Shown: positions 1-10,446 of the stretch, in pieces
How the letters are laid out: each line of letters opens with the position of its first letter
How positions within the stretch are numbered: the first letter of the stretch is position 1
Assembly (NCBI GenBank): GCA_002269645.1
Contig: NIVC01001521.1
Span: forward strand, 62,001-126,000
Direction: 5' to 3'
Source of the DNA: Macrostomum lignano
Lineage: Eukaryota
DNA: 64,000 nt
Notes under the pieces: model-generated
What the model was told of the DNA's origin: nothing
The model's database searches: none
The model's input: only the letters and a program-made list of their open reading frames with translations
Position numbers and translations under genes: made by a program

Positions 1-267
1 GGGCTTGAAGTTGCAAATTGTGACGTCGGGAAACTGGGCTCGTTCGCTCCTCAGCTTCAGCTGCGACTCAACGGAGTGCTCGGTGAACTTCTGCACCAAC
101 TTGGCCAGGTGGACGGTGCAGCCGATCAGGGCAGCTACGAACAGAAGCAGCCAGAAGAGCCGTCGAGCTGTGCCTCTGGACAGGAAGATGTGCAGCAAGC
201 CGTGGGTTCTCGTGATGCCAGCCACCTCCTGGGCGGCACCGGTCACCGTGCTGAGTCGGGCTCGCAT
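1..267 (-). CDS. DEG/ENaC/ASIC-family sodium channel (FaNaC-like), first coding exon, continues off the left edge
   Basis: Manual minus-strand translation from ATG at 267: MRARLSTVTGAAQEVAGITRTHGLLHIFLSRGTARRLFWLLLFVAALIGCTVHLAKLVQKFTEHSVESQLKLRSERAQFPDVTICNFKP. It contains the pre-TM1 HG motif, the hydrophobic TM1 and the FPxVTICN signature. Not in the ORF track because no stop lies inside the window. Confidence 0.9.
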   Translation of the reverse strand, partial: MRARLSTVTGAAQEVAGITRTHGLLHIFLSRGTARRLFWLLLFVAALIGCTVHLAKLVQKFTEHSVESQLKLRSERAQFPDVTICNFKP

Positions 268-1382
268 TTTCGACTTTGTGAAAGTTATGAGTTCGTTTCG
301 TATCTTACAGAAAGAATGGGTACGAGTGATTCGATGTTTCAAAGCTTAGATCTGACTGAGAAAGTGCAGCTTTTTTAAATAATGAAAGAAAAACTTCTGT
401 ATCTCACGCATGATGCTTTGTACCATACGAGTAAATTAAGGCGACAATTTCGACCATAGAACGATTGCTACTTCCAAGTTTAGCATCATTGCACGCAGGT
501 TGCAAGTTGTCTATGGTAACTAGATTGCAAGTTGTCTATGGCAACTTGCAATCAGGCAATTCTCGCTTGTCCAGACCTGCTTTTCATCCGTGGCTTTTTT
601 CGGGCCCTCTGACCCAGTTCTGGCTTTAATTTCTTTTCCAGGTCGCTCTGGCTGGCTAAAATGATAGGGGGCGGGGCAGGGGCGCGTCTTGTCAGCTTTT
701 GCTGGCGTCTGTTTGCACTAGCTAATTCTCTCCCTCACCGATCGCTCATTTTTCTAGTGGGCTCTGGTCATGTCGGAGCTCTCTAATTCTCCTTAATTCC
801 GTTTTTAACTCTTATTAGGGAGTCTGCTAACTGAAAAGTACGAGGCTGTGTTGCAATACAGAAAGTACAAATATTTGGAGGATGCATGGAAATCCAACAC
901 ATCTAGTAAGGATACACACAAGAGCTACTAGTAAACATCCATCCCTTTTGGATTAAGAATAGTTACCTTTCAAGGTGTATTCTCGATCCATTTAAATGTT
1001 GTTCGAGCTGTAATCGTACGTAAAAGTTTCTCTGCAGGTCTTGAGCTAGCGTGACGCCTGATCCAATATCCCAAATATTCTTAACTTACACAAAAATGTA
1101 AATACACGCAAAAATCATTTAGGTAACGCACGTACGCTTAGCTAAATTTCAAATTATCTTTTTAAACGTAGAAAATATAACTGTTTTATTAAATAATATT
1201 ACCGTAACATGATATCTGAGGCTTTTTTGCTGCACTTATATATATGGTATTACTGGGTGATTGGTAAAAATCTGGACATTTTTATTTGTTTTAGTAAGAC
1301 AACAATTAAAAAATTAAACGCATGTCTTTTAACTTTGATTTAGTTCAAAATACAATGTACAATGTATAAGGGATTGTCTGGC

Positions 1383-2429
1383 TCATTGCCAAACGGCTCC
1401 GACACGATTAGCCCGAGCTCGGCGAATCCGGGACTTGACATTGGTCATCATCTCCTGTACACAGTGCAGATCCACCTGGCGGAGGCAGTACTAGCGAATG
1501 CGATTTTCCAGCTGTTCCAGACTGTCTGCCGTCCAACTGTGATGGTTTAAAACCTTTTGCTTCAACACCCCCAGAAGTTCTCAATTGGTCGCAGCTGTGG
1601 TACATTGGGAGGATTGAGCTCCGTGCTGACAAAATTGACACCTTCCTCTTCAAATGTGTCAATGACGTCACGAGCATAGTGACAGCTCGCCAGGTCAGGC
1701 CAGAACAGGTAGTTGACGTCAGCATGCTGCTCCTTAATAAATGGCAATAGACGCTTGTGAATGCACTCTCTTATGTAGATCTCTTTCTTCATTGAGCTGC
1801 CGTGGCAGAAGAAGACCTTGGACATGCCCTTCTTGCTGATGGCCAGCCAGACCAAGACTTTGGCCTCAAATTTCTTGCTGGGTGAACACCTGACCTCATC
1901 AGGTGCATCACCTCGAGCTGCTGCATATGATAGAACCTGTTACCAGGGATGACATTGGATGACAGAGAGCTAAGTACGATTCATCGTCCATGACAATGTC
2001 CAGTCCGCCGTCATTAGCTCCGGCCAGCATATAGCATGCACGGTAGAGCCTGTCAATCCTCACACGCTGACGCTCTTTCTGCTCCGACACAAATGTCACG
2101 TACTTTTTCTTTCTTGTATGCACTCAGTCCCTGCTTCTTGAGAATCACGTTGACGTACGGCTGGCTGATGTCATATTTGCGTGCAATTTCGCGCTGGGAC
2201 AGACCCATCCTGGCATCATTTGACATCTTCTTCATCAAGTGCATGGCAGTGACCTTGGTAGCTGGTCGTCCTGACCCCTCCTTGAGTAGCACGGAATCAA
2301 TTCTCCAGTTGCTGAGTAGCAATCCAGAATTCCATAAATGGTTGATCTAGGGACACCAAGCTCAGAAAAATATTTTGCGATTGCATTGTTGCTCAGCCCA
2401 GGGTGCTCAATTTTATATTGTACAACCAT
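1383..2429 (-). pseudogene. Decayed Tc1/mariner-superfamily (DD37E-type) transposase
   Basis: Consecutive ORF fragments 2235-2429, 2053-2322, 1908-2123, 1562-1855 plus a manually read C-terminus. They give paired HTH regions (GVPRSTIYGIL; GSGRP; LSQREIARKYDISQPYV) and catalytic motifs VMDDESY, FWPDLASCHYA and NPPNVPQLRPIENFWG, with 37 residues between the second D and the E. Multiple frameshifts and stops. Confidence 0.88.
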
Positions 2430-3036
2430 TAATGGTTGTTTATTAATGGCTTAAATTTTACGCCGCTGCTCTTCATTTAGAGCACTGCATCTCAGACCTG
2501 ACGGGGCAAACGAGTGAAAAAACAACTTAAGTTAATTGTGAGGAAGACCCCCAGTATTGCTGAAAAGCATCAGTTCAATAAATTCGCTTCGTTAAAGTTT
2601 TTCGATAACTGAAGAGGCCTATGCTAAAAAGTATAACAAAGCACAAATACTTAACGTAGTATTTTTGATTTTCGGATAGAATTAAAGCCTTAATACAATT
2701 TTCTACTAAATTAGATTTATTAAATTTATTATCTTTTAAATAAAGCTTCCAAACATAGATATGTTTACTAAAAATTAAATAATTATTTATTTATCGCGTT
2801 CGCCGTCGTTCGACTTCGAAATCTAAAGTTTCAAATAAATTCTGTGCCAAAACTAAAGCTAAGGATTAATCTATCAATAAGTGCTTTATCCCAGTGTAAT
2901 AGTATTCACAAAAAAGTTTTTATTCTTTTCCTAATAATCCACTTCATAGCATTATATTATCAAATAAAGAATTTAACTTGGACAAAATTTAAATCCTTGG
3001 GCATTCATAGGTTTTTACAATAAAAGACAACTTAAA

Positions 3037-6000
3037 ATGGATTTCAAGAAATTGAGTAGTGGCATATCCTCGACCTTTAATAGGGCAGTTCAGGTAAACT
3101 ACAATAATTTATATTACTTATTCATTATTTTACAATTCCCCATATTATAGGACCAATTTACAAATGATTTAGCTACTTATTTATATTTATATTATCTATT
3201 CATAGTAAGTTTGATGAAATCAGGAAATCCTTTTTAAAATGAACAATATAGCAACAAGAAAGTAATTTTATGTATAGCCCTAATATATAAGTATAAAATT
3301 ATATTTAATAATTATTTCAATTAGAAAATATAATATGGTATATTTAAATAATGTAATGCAATATACTGCAGCATAAGGTAATTACGTATATAAAATAGAT
3401 AAATAGGTAAATTAGTATGCAATTATATTACAATTTTTAGATCTATTTAAAAATCAACAAATAGTACAAAGTTTTTGTACTTTATTATATTTTAATATAG
3501 GCTACTATGGGCTGGCTAGAGATCATTAGTTATTAGCCATATACATATATGTATATTATATACAGTTTTGCTAGAATATACCACAAATTTCTAAAAGTAC
3601 CAAGGTCTTTAGCACCAGGGGCTCTAGTACGAGGGTCTTAATTAGGCCCATAGCACCATGATATTGATATTATATAATAAAAATTATAAATAAAACCTTG
3701 CAAAAAGGGTTCAAAATGTTAGTTTTATTATTAATATATAAATATATATATATATATAGTATAGTATAGTATAGTATACTTCTTTATTTTATTAAAAAAT
3801 AAATACCTAAGGCCTTGGATTTATATCTATAGCCTTAGGAAGTGTGTATAAGAACAAGTGTAATAATACAACTTCCTATATACAAAAATCTTTTGTTATT
3901 TTAAACCATTTTTGAAAAAGGTTTTTTTATAAATATAAATGCAAGCCAAGGCCTTTGTTCAATAATACTTCTTTTTATTATTCTGTATAAAATATTACTA
4001 TAAAAATCTTGCATAACAATATTTAAAATATTTAAAATATTTGTTCTATTTATTTTATATTAATTTTATTTAGAATATATACTCCATTACTTTGTAAAAT
4101 TAAACCATATGCTTAAAGATATCAATATAATTTCTCCTTTTTAAAATGCAATACTTAAGGTTTTACAATATAAAAAAATAATTCATTAAATAAAGAAGCA
4201 TTTGATTAAGCATTGACAGTTTAATTTTCTCTATTGATTAAATCTTCAAAGTTATATAGCTTGTCTATAACTTGACTTTCAATTAGGCCAATAAAACTTT
4301 ATATATTTAATTATATTTGCGGGTATGGACTAGCACCAAGGGCTTTAGCACCAGAAGTGCCAAAAAGCAAAACATACTGCAAGAGAGTTGAGCGCCATCT
4401 ACTCGTTACTAGCCGATTTGGGGTGACCTGACTTTAAGAAACTCACAAGTTTGCAAATTGATGTAATCAATTTACACTATCACGCGTTGTTGCCTTCTAA
4501 CAACAAACAGTTAACCGAGGAGAAGCTGGGTCAGGCGGAGCGTACCGCGTTCCCTCCCGAGTTCGAGGAGCTGGTCCGCGTATCCGACGCCACCCAGCAG
4601 TGGACTGAGCGGATTCTTAAAAGCACCGAAGCTGTGCTGCAGCCCAACCCCGCTCATCGCGTCGAAGATCTCATGTGCGAGAAATTCGAACGGGAGAAAC
4701 GAGACCGGCTGAGCCCGTTGGAAGATCTCGGCTGCGTGATGGCCACGGCCGGCGCTGAGCTGGGCTCCACCACCGACTACGGCGGCGCCCTGGCCCGAGT
4801 AGGTCAGGTAGAGAAGGAGCTAGCCGAACTGGAGAGGGACTTTATTAAAACGTCAACTCTGTCGTTTCTTCGACCATTGAGAGAATTTCTGGAGACCGAC
4901 GTGAAAGCGGCCGCTAAGGAGAAGCGCGAGTTGGACAATGCGCGGTTGGACTTGGACTCGGCTAAGGCTCGGGCCAAGAGGGGTCGGGACGCAGACTCCG
5001 TGGTGGGTTTTGTAAATCTGATTGATAATTGGCTGTCTGTATTAGACCCTTGGCCCTTTAGAGTTGTGAAATGTGTTTACATTGCAGAAATGAAATCTTA
5101 TCATTTTTACACCTAGATAAATTGGTTCTGGGATTTGATGGGGAGATTGATATCTGGAATTCTTGATAGGGAGAGACATGGGATCTGGGAGTCTATTGGG
5201 AGAGATGGGATCTCGGATTCATCAAAGGGAGAGACGGGATCTGGGATTCTATCCGGGGGGAGAGATGGGATCTGGGATTCTATTGGGGGGAGAGATGGGA
5301 TCTGCGATTCTGTTGGGGGGAGAGATGGGATCTGGGATTCTATTGGGGGAAGAGATGGGATCTGGGATTCTATTGGCGGAGAGACGGGATCTGGGATTCT
5401 TTTGGGAGAGAAATGGGATCTGGGATTCTGTTAAAAGAGATGGGATCTGGGATTCTGTTAAAAGAGATGGGATCTGGGATTCTATTGGGGGAGAGATGGG
5501 ATCTGGGATTCTATTAAGGAAAAGATGGGATCTGGGATTCGATTGGGGGAGAGACGGGATCTGGGATTCTTTTGGGAGAGAAATGGGATCTGGGATTCAG
5601 GGATTCTGTTAAAAGAGATGGGATCTGGGATTCTGTTAAAAGAGATGGGATCTGGGATTCTGTTAAAAAGATGGGATCTGGGATTCTATTGGGGGAGAGA
5701 TGGGATCTGGGATTCTATTGGGGGAGCGATGGAATCTGGGATTATTGATCGGGAGCGATGGAATCTGGGATTATTGATGGGGAGAGATGGCATCTGGGTT
5801 TATTGATGGGGAGCGATGGGATCGGAGATTCCTGAAGGGGAGAGATGGGATCTGGGATTCTTGATGGGGAGGGACGGGATCTGAGGTTTCTGAAGGGGAG
5901 AGATGGGATCTGAGGTTCCTGAAGGGGAGAGATGGGATCTGAGGTTCCTGAAGGGGAGGGATGGGATCTGAGGTTTCTGAAGGGGAGGGATGGGATCTGA

Positions 6001-7472
6001 GGTTTCTGAAGGGGAGATGGGATCTGAGGTTTCTGAAGGGGAGATGGGATCTGAGGTTCCTGAAGGGGAGATGGGATCTGAGGTTCCTGAACGGGAGAGA
6101 TGGGATCTGTAATTTTGAAAAGTACGGTTTCTCTGGCTCTTGAACAGGGGCGTAGCCAGGATTTTTTTTTGGGGGTATCGGTTAGCTGTTATCAGAAAGC
6201 AAGGGCTTGAGATCCACATATCCCCTTAATGTATTTCTAGTGCATAATACATATAATTACTCTATTTGTTTGTTAATTGTTATTCTTTCGATTTGGATAC
6301 CTTTCTCTTCCTTAGTTAATGGTCACAATTGCAACTGAAAAAAGGAAAAAAAAATGTTGCTTTGGAAATTTGGGGGTATCGGCCGATATACCGATACCCC
6401 CCTCGCTACGCCCCTGCTCTTGAATTCAAAGTTACGCTGTTATCCCCTCTTGTCCGGTCTCTCCTTCCCCAGTCGGAGTCTGATTACGCCAAGGAGCAGC
6501 AGCAGTACGAGCGGCAGCTTGAGGTAACCCGACTGCTGCTTGAGGGCATCAAGGGTGCTCATGTGAGTCGTCTTTAATATATTGGATGACCATTAGCTGA
6601 TGCTGTCGTGTTTAATATTAATTAAAACTGTGTATAATAAATATTTTAGGCCAATCATCTGCGCGCTCTGAAAGACTTTACCGAGGCTCAGATGCAGTAC
6701 CACGCCGAGTCGTTTCACAAGATGCAGGAGCTTCGCCGAGAGCTTAACAGGTAAGTAATTAAAGTTGTTTCTTTGCAAATTATATCATTAGACCAACAGT
6801 TAAACACTCGTAGACAAAGGATCCATGTTAAATCCCACCCTATCATGTGTGTATCTTTATATTATCTACTGTAAGTTTTTCACTACAACAATCCCATCGA
6901 GGAGGGAGGAGAGAAGAAGAGGAGGAGGAGAGGGGAGGAGAGAGGAGAGAAGAGAAAAGGGAAGAGGAGGAGAGAGGGGAGGAAGGAGAGAGAAGAGGAG
7001 AGGGGAGAAGAGAAGAGAGGAGAGGAGAGAGAAGGAGAGAGAAGATAGGGGAGGAGAAGAGAGAAGAGCAGAGGAGAGCAGAGAAGGAAGAAAATAGAGG
7101 AGACAGAAGGGAAGAGAGGAGGAGAGAGGAAAGAGGAGAAGAGAGGAGAGCAGAGAGAAAATAAAAGAGAGGGAGGAGACGGGAGAGAAGAAAGAAGAGA
7201 AGAGAGAAGGAGAGGGGAGGAGAGAAGAGAAGAAGAGAAAAGAGATAGGAGATTAGAGAGCTGAGAAGAGACACAAACCATGAGCTGACCGGATATGAAG
7301 TTCCAAAGGACCTGAGGACTGGTTCGAAAGGTTTTGCAGACCGCATGTGTCCCGCGGGCCGGAGCTTGCCAACCCCTGTGTGAATCTAGAATATCAAATT
7401 TGTCTCAGATAGTCAGCCAAGATTCTAATGCATTAATAATGCAATTGCAAAATTCATATTTCAGCAGTTGAA
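3037..7472 (+). CDS. SH3GLB1: Endophilin-B (SH3GLB1/2-like) N-BAR protein, spliced
   Basis: Exons 3037-3093 (MDFKKLSSGISSTFNRAVQ), 4511-5002 (LTEEKLGQAERT...LQPNP...RLDLDSAK), 6473-6562 and 6650-6750, all GT-AG and phase-compatible. Putative short terminal exon 7466-7472 (…ELNSS*) is less certain. The RAVQ/xTEEKLGQAE and LQPNP motifs are diagnostic of endophilin B. Confidence 0.9.
5139..6110. repeat. Intronic minisatellite, ~21-23 bp units (GGGAGAGATGGGATCTGGGATTCT type, then GGGATCTGAGGTTTCTGAAG type)
   Basis: Visible tandem units in endophilin intron 2; explains ORFs 5135-6219. Confidence 0.95.
6145..6416. mobile_element. hAT-type MITE (272 bp)
   Basis: TIRs CAGGGGCGTAGC…GCTACGCCCCTG; exact 8-bp TSD CTCTTGAA at 6137-6144 and 6417-6424. 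Confidence 0.9.
6900..7378 (-). mobile_element. Partial hAT (Charlie-like) MITE carrying a purine-rich (GAGAG)n tract
   Basis: The reverse complement begins CAGGGGTTGGCAAGCTCCGGCCCGCGGG. It shares GTTTGTGTCTCTTCTCAxCTCTCT followed by a pyrimidine tract with the element at 40545-41150. Second TIR not found. Confidence 0.7.
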
Positions 7473-8160
7473 TAGTTTGACAAGCCGCTTGCCAAAGCAC
7501 AAGTTGTTTTGCGGATTGAAGCGTCACGAACAAGAGGAACAAACACTGGTTAATGGTTAATGTTTTCTCAGCCGAATAATTTGTTATCATTTTAATTTAT
7601 CTGCATTATTTTGGTAAATAATTGTATTAACAAGCTTATTGCTTCGTGTGCTACTTATAGCATACGGATCGGTTGTAGTTTTGCCAATTTTTTAAAATTT
7701 TTATTTCTATAAGTCTTTTGCTTTATGCTACTCTTCTGGTGCCGTCAACATTTCTAGAAGCTTCCATAATTGCCTGGTTTTGAGTGAGAGACGATTACTA
7801 AATCTGAATATTAACTTTTGCCTTACAGTTTCTTATAGTATAAATATTATTGCCAATGATTTTCTTTTTTTAAGTATCACTTGCCTTCGGTGCGCGTCAG
7901 CTCTGCATGCGTCCCACACTGTTTTTATCTTATCGCTGCCTTTATTGCTTTTGAATTTGATTTTGGAATTGGAAATTGGAACATATATAAATCTGTTATT
8001 AAGTATATAATATTTAATGTTATAGAAGCATAATGAAAATATTGAATGTTTTCTTCAAAAATAATATGTAATAGATATTTGTTCCAGATTATACAATACA
8101 ATATATAATATACAGTATTCATAGATCATATTGATTGTTCAACAGGACTACTAAAGTCGA

Positions 8161-8530
8161 AGGACGCAACACTCGAAATCTATGGAAAATGTTTTGTTTG
8201 AAGGCAACTTTTCGTCGAAAAATACACTACGGAGATAGGAGGTTTTCATTTTTCAGCACAAAAATTGTTATTGCTTTCGATAGGAGGCAGATCCAGTGTT
8301 TATCTATTGATATTCATAAAGATTTTCGTTCAGAATTTTTTTTATTCTACGTACAGAAAGGCACAACATATAAAAATATAAACATTGGATCTGCCTCCTA
8401 TCAAAAACAAAAAAACAATTTTTTGTGCTGAAAAATGAAAACTTCCTATCTTCGTAGTATATACTTGTGATTTTCGGCGAAAAGTGGCCTTCAAAACCTT
8501 TTCCATGAAACGTCAGTGTCGCGCCCTGTG
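8161..8530. mobile_element. Foldback/MITE-like element with ~140-150 bp imperfect inverted arms
   Basis: Arm ~8161-8302 is the reverse complement of ~8378-8530 (e.g. GATAGGAGGCAGATCCAGTGTT vs AACATTGGATCTGCCTCCTATC; TTTTCATTTTTCAGCACAAAAA vs TTTTTGTGCTGAAAAATGAAAA). Confidence 0.75.
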
Positions 8531-9699
8531 TATACGTTGCTTTAGTTGGCCTTGTTGTCGTATATTATAAGTAATATTCAACACTAACACAACTAAGATT
8601 AAATAAAAGAAAATTTAATAAATAAGGTTTATATTTCAAAATTAGCAAACGCAGCCCCCCTCGCTTAACTCTTCCGCAAAAATATCCTTTATTTATTAGC
8701 TAGCGGTGTTTTTTCTGTTTTAAAATACCATAACGGTTGTTTGATTTTATTTCTTCATTTTTTACATAAATATATATTTACTTCAAAACACAATAACGGT
8801 TAATAAGCTAATCAAAAAAGCTGAAAACACACGACCATCTTTGCTTGTTTGTATTTTCGAAAGTGAAACAATATTTTAGAATAAAAATCTTTTATTTTTA
8901 AAATGGTGCGCCTAGATTAAACAAATCTCATCAGCGAAAGTAATTAATTCGCAAAGTATTTTCAGAAACATTGCTTTTTTGTTTAAAGTACGAAATGTAC
9001 TCTCTAGGGTCATTTTCTGTGCAAATGAAGTTAGAGAAACGGCAGAGACAAGTACAACAAGTTGATTATAACAAACGTAGAAATCTTCCGCAGTTTTAAC
9101 AAATAAAAAATGACTTTCGATGGGCATTTTTCATGCCTAATTTTCAGTTGCATTTGCAACATATGAGGTAATGTGAGTTTGGGTTTTCTATAAAAAACCA
9201 ACTGTGAAAAATTGATCGGCTGAAAAAGTATATAATTTTATTTACAGTTAAATAAAATTTGAAAACGCTGACAACGTTAGGTGAAGTAAGAGGACAAACG
9301 TGCACAGTGCTTTATTAGTTCGGTTAACAAGTTTAATAAGAAATATTATTAACTCAATTTCATGCATTTCCTGGGCCTGATAGGCCTCTACTGGCTACAA
9401 GTGCAGTGGGTTATTGAAAATGATTCAATTATGCAACAATAATGTACAATATAAATATATCGTTCTGAGCTGCTTCCGTTTGATTTCTCAGGTTTTGTCT
9501 TTGGATCCGAATGGAACTCGAAGTCTGAAATTATTAAGCATTACTGGTGATAGGGGCTTCGTCATGGATTTCATGGTGGGGCATCAAAGCCAAGAATTCT
9601 AAATTTACTACCGGACTGAATTCCTATATGTACAATATTTTCAGATTGTCAGCACTCATTTTGGCGCCCCAGACATTTACACTCATTTCGGCGCCGCAG

Positions 9700-10310
9700 G
9701 CACTCTGGCGCCGCAGGGTCTTTAGCACTAGGGGCTTTGCACCAGGGGCTTTAGGACAGGGCCTTTAGTACCAAAGGCATTAGCAACAGAAGCTTTAGTA
9801 CCAGGGGCTTTAGCATCAGGGGCTTTAGCACCAGGGTCTTTAGCACTAGGGTCTTTAGCACTAGGGGCTTTAGCACTAGGGTCTTTAGCACTAGGGGCTT
9901 TAGCACTAGGGGCTTTAGCACCAAGGGGCTTTAGCACCAGGGGCTTTAGCACAGGGCCTTTAGTACCAGCCTACCAGGGGCTTTAGCACAGGGCTTTAGC
10001 ATTAGGGGCGCCAGCACCAGGGGCGCCAGCACCAGAGGCGCCAGAATCAGGGGCGCCAGCACCAGGGGCGCCAGCACCAGGGGCGCCAGCACCAGGGGCG
10101 CCAGCACCAGGGGCGCCAGCACCAGAGGCGCCAGCACCAGGGGCGCCAGCACCAGGGGCGCCAGCACCAGGGGCGCCAGCACCAGGGGCGCCAGCACCAG
10201 AGGCGCCAGAATCAGGGGCGCCAGCACCAGGGGCGCCAGCACCAGAGGCGCCAGCACCAGAGGCGCCAGCACCAGCGGCGCCAGCACCAGGGGCGCCAGC
10301 AGCACCAATT
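9700..10310. repeat. Bipartite minisatellite: GGGCTTTAGCACYA units then 15-bp GGGGCGCCAGCACCA units
   Basis: Visible tandem units; explains the AKAPS and PLVLA ORFs. Confidence 0.95.
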
Positions 10311-10446
10311 AAGCTACTGTACCAACTAAGAACAGAATCTATTAACGCATATAATTCATACCTGGGTTAATGGGTTTCGTGTAATGTTAATTAAACTTTT
10401 TCAATCTTACCTGCCTGGTTACCAACTGGTAATCATTGCGGAATCC

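Noticed and set aside
5-378. Plus-strand ORFs 5-349 and 76-378
   Set aside because: Antisense shadows of the DEG/ENaC exon.
1251-2556. TIR pair for the DD37E element (TACTGGG…CCCAGTA)
   Set aside because: Only 7 bp match and no extension inward, so element boundaries are not called.
6825-7346. Glu/Arg-rich and Leu/Ser-rich ORFs (also 40640-41068)
   Set aside because: Translations of GA/CT low-complexity tracts inside MITEs.
9414-9602. Alternative terminal exon or SH3 for endophilin
   Set aside because: No SH3 similarity in any frame; phase-2 joining gives a short non-conserved peptide.
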